A stretch of DNA of 64,000 bases from Minisyncoccota bacterium (GCA_041664465.1 JBAYKP010000001.1:68204-132203); one strand, 5' to 3'. Counted from the first letter of the stretch, positions 39,717-49,773 are shown. Program-made: numbers and translations. Notes: a model not told the origin generated them from the sequence alone.

Positions 39717-40271
39717 TTACTTCCTTTTTATAAAACCCCAAAAAATTGTTATTATGCCAAAAATAAATGGAATTAAAGCTACCTTATAATTATTTGAATT
39801 AAAAAATGAAATAACCCCTGCTATAATTAAAAATATACCGAAAAGTAAATTGTAATAAAAATAAAATTCTTTAGGATTTGATTTATCAAAATTTATCCCA
39901 ACCCCTTTAAGAATTGTAAATATTAATGGATTTTGTATTGCAATAACCTTTTCTGTAAAAGTATTATCATTTCTTCTATTATAACTAATAAAACCAGCTA
40001 CTAAAAACACAAAAAGAAGCATTGGTATAGTATAAAGAAAAACAGGAAGCATTTCTTTTAATCCAGATAATCCACTTGTTAAAAGCATCACGATGACAAC
40101 AAATAAAATTATTAACAAGAATATAGATATACCTGTTTTAAATATTTCCTTTATTTTTGTTTTTGTTTTTTTATCTACTTCATTAATAAATTCAACTGGA
40201 ACTACTTCTTGAACAGATTCACTAGTTATAATTTTCTCTGAAACATTATTCACATTTTGTTCTTGATTCAT
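39717..40271 (-). CDS. Four-TM hypothetical membrane protein (very AT-rich; cargo between REPs)
   Basis: Four hydrophobic segments; TGGTATAAT 6 nt before the ATG. Confidence 0.65.
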   Translation of the reverse strand: MNQEQNVNNVSEKIITSESVQEVVPVEFINEVDKKTKTKIKEIFKTGISIFLLIILFVVIVMLLTSGLSGLKEMLPVFLYTIPMLLFVFLVAGFISYNRRNDNTFTEKVIAIQNPLIFTILKGVGINFDKSNPKEFYFYYNLLFGIFLIIAGVISFFNSNNYKVALIPFIFGIITIFWGFIKRK

Positions 40272-40349
40272 AAATAAATTATACCACATGGTCAAGTAAT
40301 ATTGCGAATAGTCTCACGAAATATCAAAAGGTGATATCGTGATATCGAA

Positions 40350-40376
40350 ACCTAGCAAGAACCGTTCTTGCTAGGT
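40350..40376. repeat. REP palindrome, inverted orientation
   Basis: acctagcaagaac-c-gttcttgctaggt (central C, the reverse complement of the other two copies). Confidence 0.92.
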
Positions 40377-40404
40377 GGAGGAGGTGTGATATACTCTGTG
40401 GTAT

Positions 40405-41280
40405 ATGAATACAGAGAAAAAGAATCTAAAATTTATATTCTTTGGGACACCCTATGCCGCAAGTAAGACATTGCAAATACTTAAAGAAAGAGGATATATA
40501 CCAGAAGTGATTGTGACCTCTCCCGATGCAAAAAAGGGGCGTGGCTTGGAAATGCACGAAACGTCAGTATCAACTTGGGCTAAGGAGAATAATATAAAAT
40601 GCTTAAAGCCTGAAAAAATTGATGAAGAATTTATAAATAATATTTTCCCTAGCCACAAGTCCGACTTGTGGCCGATACTTTCTGTAGTTGTGGCTTATGG
40701 GAAAATACTCCCAGAAATACTAATCAAAAAGCCTGAATTTGGAACTATAAATGTTCATTATTCCCTTCTTCCAAAATACAGAGGTGCATCTCCTCTTGAG
40801 GCTTGCCTATTAAATGGAGATGAAGTTACTGGGGTAAGTATTCAGCAGATGGAATATAAATTAGACAGTGGGCAAATATTACGAGAAGAGAAAATAGATA
40901 TAGGTATAAATGATACTAAAGAAGAATTACGTGAGACTCTCATAAGTCTAGGAGGAAATGTCTTATGTGATATTTTACCCCAAATAGTAAACCAAGAAAT
41001 TAAATCAAAAGCTCAAGATGAGAATCTAGCGACCTTCTGTAAGAAAATTAAAAAAGAAGATGGGGAAATCAATCTAGAAGAAAATGCTAAAGAGAATTGG
41101 AATAAATACAGAGCTTACTCTGGCTGGCCTGGGGTATTCTTCTTTGCAACTAAACATAATAAAAAGATAAGGTGCAAAATAACCAAAGCTAAATTAGAAA
41201 ATAATCAATTTATTATTGAAAAAATAATACCGGAAAGTAAAAAGGAGATAGATTATGAATCTTTCTTAAAACAAAATTAG
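40405..41280 (+). CDS. fmt: Methionyl-tRNA formyltransferase
   Basis: FFGTP, VVAYGKI, NVHYSLLPKYRGASP, LDSG and GWPG. Confidence 0.95.
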   Translation: MNTEKKNLKFIFFGTPYAASKTLQILKERGYIPEVIVTSPDAKKGRGLEMHETSVSTWAKENNIKCLKPEKIDEEFINNIFPSHKSDLWPILSVVVAYGKILPEILIKKPEFGTINVHYSLLPKYRGASPLEACLLNGDEVTGVSIQQMEYKLDSGQILREEKIDIGINDTKEELRETLISLGGNVLCDILPQIVNQEIKSKAQDENLATFCKKIKKEDGEINLEENAKENWNKYRAYSGWPGVFFFATKHNKKIRCKITKAKLENNQFIIEKIIPESKKEIDYESFLKQN

Positions 41281-41663
41281 TATTTGGAAGTAAAGGGATT
41301 CCTCTTGGAAATTCCTTTAATCATTTTCTTGACGCTTATTGCTCCTCTTTTGAAAAGAGTCTCCTTCTTGTTTTTATAATTTTTAATTTTTTTAATAACT
41401 TCATCCTTAGCATCATCTATGGCTTTGTATAAATCACTTTTCTCAGAATCCGTGAAGAACTTCTCCCCATCTACACTCACATCAAATTCTGCCTTAAAAT
41501 AATCTCCTTGCTTGTGGTGCTTCGTCGTCTTCCCTACTTCTACATAAATAATCATTTCCTTATCAGCACCAACATATCTACTTATTGACTCTATTTTCTT
41601 ATTAACGTAATCACTAATAGCACCTGTCAATTCCATATTCGTTGCTTTTATATTTATAGACAT
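41277..41663 (-). CDS. hpf: Ribosome hibernation factor HPF/RaiA (short form)
   Basis: INIKATNMELT.AI..Y..KK and DLYKAID. Confidence 0.85.
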   Translation of the reverse strand: MSINIKATNMELTGAISDYVNKKIESISRYVGADKEMIIYVEVGKTTKHHKQGDYFKAEFDVSVDGEKFFTDSEKSDLYKAIDDAKDEVIKKIKNYKNKKETLFKRGAISVKKMIKGISKRNPFTSKY

Positions 41664-41694
41664 ATATTTAAAGAAATTATTGATAATACTTATA

Positions 41695-41931
41695 TTATAG
41701 CAAATTTTCTGGAATATTAATTGAAAGTATTTTGCTAGGACTTTGATGCCCACTTATAATACGCACAGATTTTATATTTATCGCATAAATAGAGGCTATT
41801 ATCTCTTTTATTCTGGTATTTGCTAGATTTCTTTCTGCTTTTTCTTTTACAGAAATAATAAAAGTATTGGGAGATTTCTTAAGAATTTTCTCTTTCTTTG
41901 CTCCCGCTTCTACTTTAACTTTTATATACAT
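41695..41931 (-). CDS. DUF167/YggU-family protein
   Basis: IKVKV..A, ISVKEKAERNLAN and IISGHQSPSK. Confidence 0.8.
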   Translation of the reverse strand: MYIKVKVEAGAKKEKILKKSPNTFIISVKEKAERNLANTRIKEIIASIYAINIKSVRIISGHQSPSKILSINIPENLL

Positions 41932-41944
41932 CCCGTTAAATAAA

Positions 41945-43444
41945 TTATCTTCCAAAGAATAACATTCCGATTAATCCCACAAGAATGAGATATGCCATAC
42001 AAGGTATGAAGACGCCTTTCAATATATCTAGCTCTTGATTTTTGACTCTTACGACGGCTTCGGCTGTCAAGATATCTGCTAGAGCTATCATATTCCCAGC
42101 GGCTGCTCCTACGACTCCTAGAGATAAAATTGCTTGCGGATTGAAACCAAGTGGCACAGATGCCATAGAGAAAAGATTACCAAATAGAATATTGGAAACT
42201 GTGACACTCCCAGTGATAAATCCTCCAAATGCTCCAATAAATGGCGCAAAGAAAGGCAAAAGTGAAGTCTCAAAGAATTGTGCAATTATTGTAATCACTG
42301 AAGGAAGACCAGATGTATTCTGCCCAGAATTTATCATTACTTGCACCATCGCCAGCATAGAAACTATGACTAGGAATGGTGGAATGGCTTCTCTTATTCC
42401 TACTTTGACAGAATCCGCTAAAACTTTCCTCTCACTTTTCCACATATATGCTACAACAAGACCAGCGAGAATGAAAGCAAATCCGGGATTGAATAAATTG
42501 AAGATATACTTGAAGCCAAGATTTATCGGTAATCCTATTTTGCCCAAGAAAATTTTACCAAGTATTAAAAATAAAACTAGAATAACATAAGGCAGAAAAG
42601 ATTTGAATGGTGACATCGTTGCCGTTATATCTTTTTCATTTTTCAAACTTAAACTTTCTTTGGGGACAAAGATATGAAGCTTGGTCGTAATAAGGACTAG
42701 AATTATACCAATGGTAGATCCAAGTATTGATGGGAACTCTGGCCAAAATTTTGCAAATAAAATAGATGGAACGACGAAGACAATCCCCGACCAAATAGCA
42801 AAAGGTAGAGCTCCAAAGAATTCCTTTTTCCTATTTTCTCTACCTAGTGTTATAGCCCAAAGCATAAATATTGGAACTATCAATCCTACAAGATTGAGGA
42901 GTGAAGCATAGAATGGAACTGATGACACACTCAATCCTGCGAAGCCTACAGTTATAGGTGTCCCAGCTGCGCCGAAGACTCCAGCCGTACTGTTTCCTAG
43001 TAGACCCACTATTAATGCTCTTATAGGGCTAAGGCCTAACCCCATAAGAAGTGGTACAGCTATAGCCGCCGGGGTACCGAAGCCTGCTGTCCCCTCGAGG
43101 AATGCTTCAAAGAGCCAAGCAATGACGATAATCTGCACTCTGTAGTCATGAGATAAATGCTCCAGATAATAAGAAATATTACTGATAACTTTAAAATCTT
43201 TTAGAATTTCTAGAAAGAAAATAGCTCCAAAGATAATAATGAGGATATCAAAAGCGACAAAGAATCCCTTACCGAAAGATATTAAGAGGAATGAAGGATA
43301 AATCCCCCAATAGAAAATAGCCAGCACTATATATAAGATAAAAGTTATTAAAGAAGCTTTAAGTAAAGAAGTTTTATAAATCAATAGAAAAAATACAAAG
43401 AATAGAAACGGGATTAGAGCTAAAATTATAGGTAAATTATTCAT
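41945..43444 (-). CDS. lctP: L-lactate permease
   Basis: FLEGTAGFGTPAAI, FGAAGTP and GSVTVSNILF; many TMs. Confidence 0.88.
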   Translation of the reverse strand: MNNLPIILALIPFLFFVFFLLIYKTSLLKASLITFILYIVLAIFYWGIYPSFLLISFGKGFFVAFDILIIIFGAIFFLEILKDFKVISNISYYLEHLSHDYRVQIIVIAWLFEAFLEGTAGFGTPAAIAVPLLMGLGLSPIRALIVGLLGNSTAGVFGAAGTPITVGFAGLSVSSVPFYASLLNLVGLIVPIFMLWAITLGRENRKKEFFGALPFAIWSGIVFVVPSILFAKFWPEFPSILGSTIGIILVLITTKLHIFVPKESLSLKNEKDITATMSPFKSFLPYVILVLFLILGKIFLGKIGLPINLGFKYIFNLFNPGFAFILAGLVVAYMWKSERKVLADSVKVGIREAIPPFLVIVSMLAMVQVMINSGQNTSGLPSVITIIAQFFETSLLPFFAPFIGAFGGFITGSVTVSNILFGNLFSMASVPLGFNPQAILSLGVVGAAAGNMIALADILTAEAVVRVKNQELDILKGVFIPCMAYLILVGLIGMLFFGR

Positions 43445-43458
43445 AATAATAAAATTGA

Positions 43459-43833
43459 TTAAATCTCTTCTATATCATCTTTAATCTCTCTCAAATCTTT
43501 CTTAATCTCTGAGAGAGAAACTTCTTCTTTCTTAATTTCTGATTCGGTTTTCTCATCTATTCTCTTTTCTTTCTTGATTCCTGAAATAATAATCTTATCC
43601 CCAACAAAGAATGAAACGAAAAGTCCGGTAATAATAGAAATGAAAACACCTAAAGCCATAGAAACAAAGCCTGACATCCCGATATCATCGGCGATCATCC
43701 AGACTCCTCTCCAGATAAGGATAACTCCGATACTTCCGATAAATGCATAAAGGATAGGCCAATGAGAAAGCTTGTGCCTTAATTTTATTTCAAAACGATT
43801 ATAAACTTTCACAACTTCATTAATTAATTTCAT
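43459..43833 (-). CDS. Two-TM hypothetical protein with a coiled-coil tail
   Basis: LIWRGVWMIAD; TM pair. Confidence 0.65.
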   Translation of the reverse strand: MKLINEVVKVYNRFEIKLRHKLSHWPILYAFIGSIGVILIWRGVWMIADDIGMSGFVSMALGVFISIITGLFVSFFVGDKIIISGIKKEKRIDEKTESEIKKEEVSLSEIKKDLREIKDDIEEI

Positions 43834-43886
43834 ATTATATATAATACCATAAACAATAATAAAAAATAAGATACTCTCAAAAATAA

Positions 43887-43922
43887 AAGAAATGCCCCAA
43901 GCTTCGCTTGGGGCATTTCTTC
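43887..43922. terminator. Terminator after the cold-shock gene
   Basis: aagaaatgccccaagc-ttc-gcttggggcatttctt. Confidence 0.85.
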
Positions 43923-43933
43923 AAAAATTCGTA

Positions 43934-44146
43934 CTATACGCGTTCTACGTTGACAGCACTTGTCTTCTTTTCTCCGTTTCTTTCATTCTCTTCTATTTGG
44001 AATGTGACAGTATCACCTTCGCGAAGATCTTCAAATGAAACTCCAACTACTTTATCCTTGTGAAAAAAGACGTCGTTTGATTGTCCTTCAACTGTGATGA
44101 AACCAAATGGTTTGTCAGTCACAATTTTCTTGATAGTTCCTTTCAT
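43934..44146 (-). CDS. Cold-shock domain protein
   Basis: KGTIK, FGFI (RNP1), DVFFH (RNP2) and AVNV. Confidence 0.92.
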   Translation of the reverse strand: MKGTIKKIVTDKPFGFITVEGQSNDVFFHKDKVVGVSFEDLREGDTVTFQIEENERNGEKKTSAVNVERV

Positions 44147-44277
44147 AATATGTGTTTAATTAAATGAATAATGTACAAAATAGAAATTACTAAATCGACT
44201 TATTTCAGATAATAGCTTTTGTCTACTAAGAATACTCCTAATAGACATATTAAGCAATGGAACGACCAGATTGTATA

Positions 44278-44418
44278 TTACTTGATTTTCTTGTGGACAG
44301 ACTTTTTCTTGTCAGTTTTATTCTTAAGCATTACCTTCTTTGTTATCAAACGCTTAGCTGTCTTGTGTGACCCTTTTGACTTTTTGTGGGGTTTTAGCCC
44401 TGTTGCTCTTTTGGCCAT
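44278..44418 (-). CDS. Small, very basic Lys-rich protein (46 aa)
   Basis: Manual translation MAKRATGLKPHKKSKGSHKTAKRLITKKVMLKNKTDKKKSVHKKIK*. Confidence 0.6.
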   Translation of the reverse strand: MAKRATGLKPHKKSKGSHKTAKRLITKKVMLKNKTDKKKSVHKKIK

Positions 44419-44553
44419 ATATATTTTGTTTTAATTCAATTAATAATACGTTTATTATACTTCAAATTAGAAAATATTCCTATCTATTGTATAAGAATAT
44501 CTAAAATTATATAATACAGGTATTATTAATAATTTCATAAAATCAAAAATAAA

Positions 44554-44769
44554 ATGAAAAAATATATATTTATAATAATTGTTATTATTATAGTAATTTG
44601 TCTAGGAGTATATCTTTACTTTGCAAAATATAGTAAGAAAAATACTACTAGTAATCTAGCAAATGTGAACGTCTCCGGAGAGCAGGCAGTTGCTACTGGA
44701 GTAGACAAGACCAATCCGTTCAATGTCGATGTGAACCCTTATCAAGGTTATAAGAATCCATTTAAATAA
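44554..44769 (+). CDS. Small N-anchored hypothetical protein
   Basis: TM followed by an NPF/NPY/NPF tail. Confidence 0.6.
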   Translation: MKKYIFIIIVIIIVICLGVYLYFAKYSKKNTTSNLANVNVSGEQAVATGVDKTNPFNVDVNPYQGYKNPFK

Positions 44770-44775
44770 AATTTT

Positions 44776-45978
44776 ATGAAAAAATACATAAATATTTCCA
44801 TCTCTATATTGTTTTCTCTTTCAATGATTTTACTAGCAAGTACAAATGTCTTAGCTGCTACTGGAATACCTAAGTCCGTAAAAAATGTTGATGATTCAAA
44901 TATAGTTTACCCCATTGTAGAGCTTGGTAGTTGCAAAGATAAAGCTGACTGTGCAAGCTTCTGCTCTAAGAGTGAGAACATGGTAGCCTGTATGAATTTC
45001 GCAGAGAAACAAGGACTCCTTTCGGGGGAGGATTTAAGAATCTCCAAGATTGTAGCTGAAAAAATTTCTAAAGGTCAAACTCCAGGACAATGTAAAGATC
45101 AAGATAGCTGTGAGAAATTCTGTAAAGATAAAGTTGAGAATATAGACGCTTGTATCTCTTTCGCAGAAGAGTTGAATATCTTACCAGCGAGTGAGCTTGC
45201 TCAAGCAAAGAATATAGCAAAAGCTTTGAAAGAAGGAGCAAAGCTACCAGGGCAATGCAAAACGAAAGATGACTGTGAAAATTATTGTGAAGATGGTGCT
45301 CATATAGATGAATGTCTATCTTTTGCAGAAGCTGCAAATATCCTCCCCCCAGATGAATTAAAAGATGCCAAGAAAATGGCTTCATTCTTGAAAAATGGCG
45401 AAACACCTGGAAAATGTAAAGACAAGAAAGATTGCGAAAATTATTGTAATGATTCCGCCAATGGAGATGAATGTCTAAATTTTGCTAAAAAGGCAGGACT
45501 CATATCTAAAGAAGAAGAGGATATGATGAATAATGGTGGAGAAAAGATCAAGCAAGCCTTGGAGAATTTACCGCCAGAAGTTAAGGGCGAAGTCGAGGCT
45601 TGTCTAAATAGCAAGATAGGAGCCGATAAATTAGATAAAGTGATGAATAAAGAAGAAAATCTTACCAAGAATCAAGGCGAAAGTCTTCAAAGTTGCTTTG
45701 CTGGAATAGAAGCTAAAATGAAAGCCATTATGATGGAGAAGGCCGGTAGTCAAGGTAAGGGCGAAGGATTCGGAGCTCCTGGTGATAGAGGCCCAAGTGG
45801 TAATATAGATATGGGGCAACGTGGACCAAGCGAAGATCAGATTAAAAATATGATGCCAAAGAATCTACCAGAATCTGCTTCCCTTCCACAAGTAGACTGT
45901 GCAAGCTTCAAAGCTGTTCCCTCTTGTAGCTATGTACCCGAAGGAGTCAGAGATCAGTGTGAGAAATGCAAAGAATAA
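44776..45978 (+). CDS. Secreted Cys-rich repeat protein
   Basis: Signal peptide; repeated PG.CK....CE.YC......C..FA modules. Confidence 0.75.
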   Translation: MKKYINISISILFSLSMILLASTNVLAATGIPKSVKNVDDSNIVYPIVELGSCKDKADCASFCSKSENMVACMNFAEKQGLLSGEDLRISKIVAEKISKGQTPGQCKDQDSCEKFCKDKVENIDACISFAEELNILPASELAQAKNIAKALKEGAKLPGQCKTKDDCENYCEDGAHIDECLSFAEAANILPPDELKDAKKMASFLKNGETPGKCKDKKDCENYCNDSANGDECLNFAKKAGLISKEEEDMMNNGGEKIKQALENLPPEVKGEVEACLNSKIGADKLDKVMNKEENLTKNQGESLQSCFAGIEAKMKAIMMEKAGSQGKGEGFGAPGDRGPSGNIDMGQRGPSEDQIKNMMPKNLPESASLPQVDCASFKAVPSCSYVPEGVRDQCEKCKE

Positions 45979-46018
45979 AATTTTGAGATAAAAAATGCGA
46001 CTTTTAAGTTTACAATAT

Positions 46019-47413
46019 TTATCTTTTAAACCATTCTCTTACTACACTTTCTGCTGGTTTGTTGCGGACACTGTGAGCCATTTGGGGCTGTGAATTACTA
46101 GGTAGAATGACGTCTGTATACCAATATCCATATGATTCAACTCCGCCTACTTTAAAATATTTACCATCGGTTTCTTTGATAGCTTCCATCATTGCTTCAT
46201 AAGCAATAGCCTGAGAAGAGAAATCTACTTCCAAATTTTTCTGGAAACATGGGTCATCCATTTTCTTAATACAGAACATATCTTCACTCCATCCTTTTTC
46301 TAAGAATTCTTTTGATGATTGAACAAGGATTCTTAAATGAATTGGTTTATTATATTTGCTGAATCCTTTACCTACATTCATAAAGTTCTCTAAATAAAGC
46401 CCTTTAAGATTATCCACATTCACTACTTTATTGCTTCTATTATTCAAGATATTTGTCGTTGGGGTATATATGTATCCATCCACTTGTTTTAAAAGATTAT
46501 CAAGTTTGTTTAAGTTTGAATCCCACAAAGGATCAATCATCAATAGCACCTTTCCTTTATAGACATTTCTCACTTTCCCCAATAGAACAAGCATATCTTT
46601 CTCGTAAGCATCTTCGAAATCTTTGATGCTTGGCTGATAATCAAAGTGATTGATCATGAGTGCATCTATCCCCGTTTCTTCTGCAATTTTTGCTTGATTT
46701 AAGACGAAGGGCTCCCAATTTTTAATAAGAGTACCAAGCCAAGTTGCATTAGGAATATCTGAAACTACTTGTTTCCCCGGAGCAAGATTAAGATAAAGAA
46801 TCATTTTCAAATTCTTTTCTTTAGCTTTATCTACTACGAACCTTAAATCCCCTTCTTTTATTGCAGCTTTTTCTGGGCCATCAATCAAAGCATTTTTGAA
46901 ATCTGAGAAGTGCACGTAGTTTGAGAAACTAATTTGATCTGCTCCAAGGTTCACTACCCTATCAAGAGTTTCTTCATAGGCTTTTCTCATTGGCTTAGAG
47001 TCTAGGGCTATACAGCTTTTATTCAAGTTTGGTTCTTTGATCCAAGTATCCTTTATTCCTATGGTTCTATTTATTTCACCTACAAAAGGGGCACCTTCTA
47101 CAGATGGCATCTCATACTTACCCAGATAACTTTTAGGGTAACTTACTTCACTTTTAGTGATAGCACAGTAAGGGTCTTTGACTGCGACATTAGAAACATT
47201 AGGATTTTTATAGAAATCTGGATAATTAATTTTATTTATATCTGTGGATATAGTTATGGCATTGACCAAATCCACCTTCTCCATTTTCGAAGCACACCAA
47301 GGAGCCGTAGGCCAAGGACCTGCAGGAGGACACAATTTGAATACAAACATTAAAATAGTAGAAACAATAAATAGAAAAACAAAACTAATTATTATAATTG
47401 GAAATCTTTTCAT
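46019..47413 (-). CDS. Membrane-anchored TIM-barrel glycoside-hydrolase-like protein (GH113-like)
   Basis: AKIAEETGID, VRNVYKGKV, KYNKP, VDFSSQAIAYEA and SVRNKPAE..VREW; catalytic Glu residues not obvious. Confidence 0.5.
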   Translation of the reverse strand: MKRFPIIIISFVFLFIVSTILMFVFKLCPPAGPWPTAPWCASKMEKVDLVNAITISTDINKINYPDFYKNPNVSNVAVKDPYCAITKSEVSYPKSYLGKYEMPSVEGAPFVGEINRTIGIKDTWIKEPNLNKSCIALDSKPMRKAYEETLDRVVNLGADQISFSNYVHFSDFKNALIDGPEKAAIKEGDLRFVVDKAKEKNLKMILYLNLAPGKQVVSDIPNATWLGTLIKNWEPFVLNQAKIAEETGIDALMINHFDYQPSIKDFEDAYEKDMLVLLGKVRNVYKGKVLLMIDPLWDSNLNKLDNLLKQVDGYIYTPTTNILNNRSNKVVNVDNLKGLYLENFMNVGKGFSKYNKPIHLRILVQSSKEFLEKGWSEDMFCIKKMDDPCFQKNLEVDFSSQAIAYEAMMEAIKETDGKYFKVGGVESYGYWYTDVILPSNSQPQMAHSVRNKPAESVVREWFKR

Positions 47414-47421
47414 ATAAATTT

Positions 47422-47688
47422 TTATTTAAAACATTTGTTCCAAAAGTAAGCCATGAGCCAACCGAAAATATAACCAACAACGAAGGTTATAATAATGAGG
47501 ACGAGAGCCTTAATGAGACTGAATGGCATAATGAATATCGGTAGACCAATCATATGCATATTGAGCACGAAATTGACTAGCATTTGAGCCAGACCCAAAG
47601 CGACCAAGAGACTCCAAATTAGATGCATAAAACTTATAAGAAAACCAAAAGTTAACCCGGTTTTATTTTTACTTATTTGCATATCCAT
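47422..47688 (-). CDS. Small membrane protein
   Basis: HLIWSLLVALG.AQ..NF...MH; hydrophobic. Confidence 0.65.
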   Translation of the reverse strand: MDMQISKNKTGLTFGFLISFMHLIWSLLVALGLAQMLVNFVLNMHMIGLPIFIMPFSLIKALVLIIITFVVGYIFGWLMAYFWNKCFK

Positions 47689-47752
47689 AAATTAATTTTT
47701 AGATTAATTGATAATGTATACATTATACCACTTTTTATTAGTCTAGTGTAAA

Positions 47753-48418
47753 TTATCCTAGCTCTTTGGATATTCGCCCTTCTAAATATTGAATTCTTTT
47801 CTCCAATCTACCTATACCCTGCGTGGCTTGGGCAACCATTTTCTTATTGATTTCAGAATTTATAGTGTATTCATTCGAGAATGCTTTTCTTATTGTTTCT
47901 AATAGTTTATTCGTTGGTGGTAATTTCTCTTTCTTCTTTTGGAGTCTATCTAGTGCACTCCGGGCTTCTTCTAATTTAAAACCCAATTGCTCATAATCAA
48001 GCCGGTTATCCCCATACGTCCTCCCATTACTATCTATCATTATCACTTTCACAACATCAAAATCTTCATCCATAGAATCACTAATCTCGACAGGCACTGC
48101 TGTGTCACTGTCGATTTCAAATGATCTAAATTTATTCTCATTTTTATCACCTTCGTTTTTATTATCTTTTTTACTTTCATTATTTCCTCCTTCATTTCCC
48201 TCATTCTTACTATTTATTATCTCAATATCTGATTTAAGTTTTTCTATTTCTTTATTTCTATACTCCTTGCTTTCAGTTTTTAATTTACCTTTTTTATCTC
48301 CTTCATTGACAATTTTAATAGACTCAACAGGAAGTGCTTTCTCAATAGCACCTTCTTCTGCCTTTATAATTTCCCCTTCTATTTTAACATCTTTATTACT
48401 CTTATTATCTATACTCAT
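47753..48418 (-). CDS. Charged coiled-coil hypothetical protein
   Basis: Long ORF; TGATATAAT 7 nt before the ATG. Confidence 0.55.
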   Translation of the reverse strand: MSIDNKSNKDVKIEGEIIKAEEGAIEKALPVESIKIVNEGDKKGKLKTESKEYRNKEIEKLKSDIEIINSKNEGNEGGNNESKKDNKNEGDKNENKFRSFEIDSDTAVPVEISDSMDEDFDVVKVIMIDSNGRTYGDNRLDYEQLGFKLEEARSALDRLQKKKEKLPPTNKLLETIRKAFSNEYTINSEINKKMVAQATQGIGRLEKRIQYLEGRISKELG

Positions 48419-48440
48419 AATCTGTATTATATCACTAAGT

Positions 48441-49169
48441 TTACATCCTATCCAGAGATTTTACTGTCACCTTCCCATCAATTATTGTATAACTGAATTC
48501 TGCTTTCTTTTGGATATGTCCATCTTCGTAGGTCAGTATCATAGTCCCCTTTTTTGTGGACGGATTTATATTCACCACAGTTGCATACCACGAGCCACCT
48601 AAAACGGGCTTGTCGGAGACAATTGTACCTATATTATCGCGGACATATTTATCAACTAAATTCCGGTCTTGTAATGATTCGCAGTCTATTTGGGACATTT
48701 GAGGCCCAGAGGCTATTTGGTTAGAATCTTTGTATACATAAGTTCCATCTCCTCTATCTATCATTTCACAACCTAAGGTAACAGCACTTCCTTCGCCGAA
48801 TTCAATTTTCAATTGCTCTGTCACACTCATTCCCTCTCCTTCAGATTCCCACCAAACATCTGCAATACGACCACTTATCTTGGGATCCATTGGACCTACC
48901 GTGCCACTAAATTTCCCCACCTTACTGTCTTTCTCGGCGAGTAAGCTCTGGTATTCACCAGTCACATTACTCCCTGAAATATTCATTTGAAGCCACATCC
49001 GATCGACAAATCCCCTAGAAGTTACTTTAGAATATTGATAGCACATACTTATAGGTTCTTGGGGTATTACCACAACATCTTTCTTTGTATTTTTATTTCT
49101 TGATATTACAAAAGCAATTCCAGTAAGAATAATGACAAACAAAACAACATAAATTAGTATTTTTTTCAT
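48441..49169 (-). CDS. N-anchored extracytoplasmic hypothetical protein
   Basis: TM then a beta-rich domain; PVLGGSWY..YEDGH. Confidence 0.65.
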   Translation of the reverse strand: MKKILIYVVLFVIILTGIAFVISRNKNTKKDVVVIPQEPISMCYQYSKVTSRGFVDRMWLQMNISGSNVTGEYQSLLAEKDSKVGKFSGTVGPMDPKISGRIADVWWESEGEGMSVTEQLKIEFGEGSAVTLGCEMIDRGDGTYVYKDSNQIASGPQMSQIDCESLQDRNLVDKYVRDNIGTIVSDKPVLGGSWYATVVNINPSTKKGTMILTYEDGHIQKKAEFSYTIIDGKVTVKSLDRM

Positions 49170-49615
49170 TATTTTTTTACAATCTCTCTTAATCTATCAA
49201 TAAAGGCTTTTTCCCAAAATTTCATTGAATATGAGCCTATAAGTGGCCCCGCTACGAGCCTTAGCCAAAAGCTATGAATATCAACCTCATAGGTATAATT
49301 AATTCTTGTTCCCTCTTCTACCTCTTCCATCAGAAATTCTTCATGCCCAGATATGCCTAATTTGGGATTCTCATTGAGAGATATATATCCCACCCCCGGG
49401 ATAATTTCTGTTTTCATTTTGACTGGGAATACTGTACCGAAGGACTTCACTTTTGCATCAATTTCCAATTTATTGCCATCTCTCTTGGTAATAACCAATG
49501 ACTCTGCAACTGTTGGGAAATTCTTTGGCATATTTTCAAAATCAGTAACAATTTTAAAAACTTCACCAATAGGAGCTTTAATAACCCATGAGCCTTTTAA
49601 ACTAATATGTTTCAT
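49169..49615 (-). CDS. SRPBCC/polyketide-cyclase family protein
   Basis: IKAP..EVF..VTDFENMPK.FP and EGTRINY. Confidence 0.8.
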   Translation of the reverse strand: MKHISLKGSWVIKAPIGEVFKIVTDFENMPKNFPTVAESLVITKRDGNKLEIDAKVKSFGTVFPVKMKTEIIPGVGYISLNENPKLGISGHEEFLMEEVEEGTRINYTYEVDIHSFWLRLVAGPLIGSYSMKFWEKAFIDRLREIVKK

Positions 49616-49660
49616 TGTTTTATTATACAATAAAAACTGAAACTTTTTAAATCCAACAAA

Positions 49661-49683
49661 ACCTAGTAATAACGTCTTGCTAG
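49661..49683. repeat. Degenerate REP copy upstream of the NYN gene
   Basis: acctagtaataacgtcttgctag, versus REP acctagcaagaacggttcttgctag. Confidence 0.6.
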
Positions 49684-49773
49684 ATAAATATGGCTCAAAA
49701 TTTTGCTCCGAAATTGGAAGGAAATTCGAATGGAAATATTAAATAATTGATATCATATGATATAATAAAAATT

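Noticed and set aside
38910-40376. Repeated 27-bp palindromes as a CRISPR array
   Set aside because: Copies are separated by whole genes, occur in both orientations, have no unique 30-40 nt spacers and no cas genes nearby; they fit REPs
44219-44434. 71-aa hydrophobic ORF on +
   Set aside because: Best explained as the antisense of the Lys-rich 46-aa ORF on -
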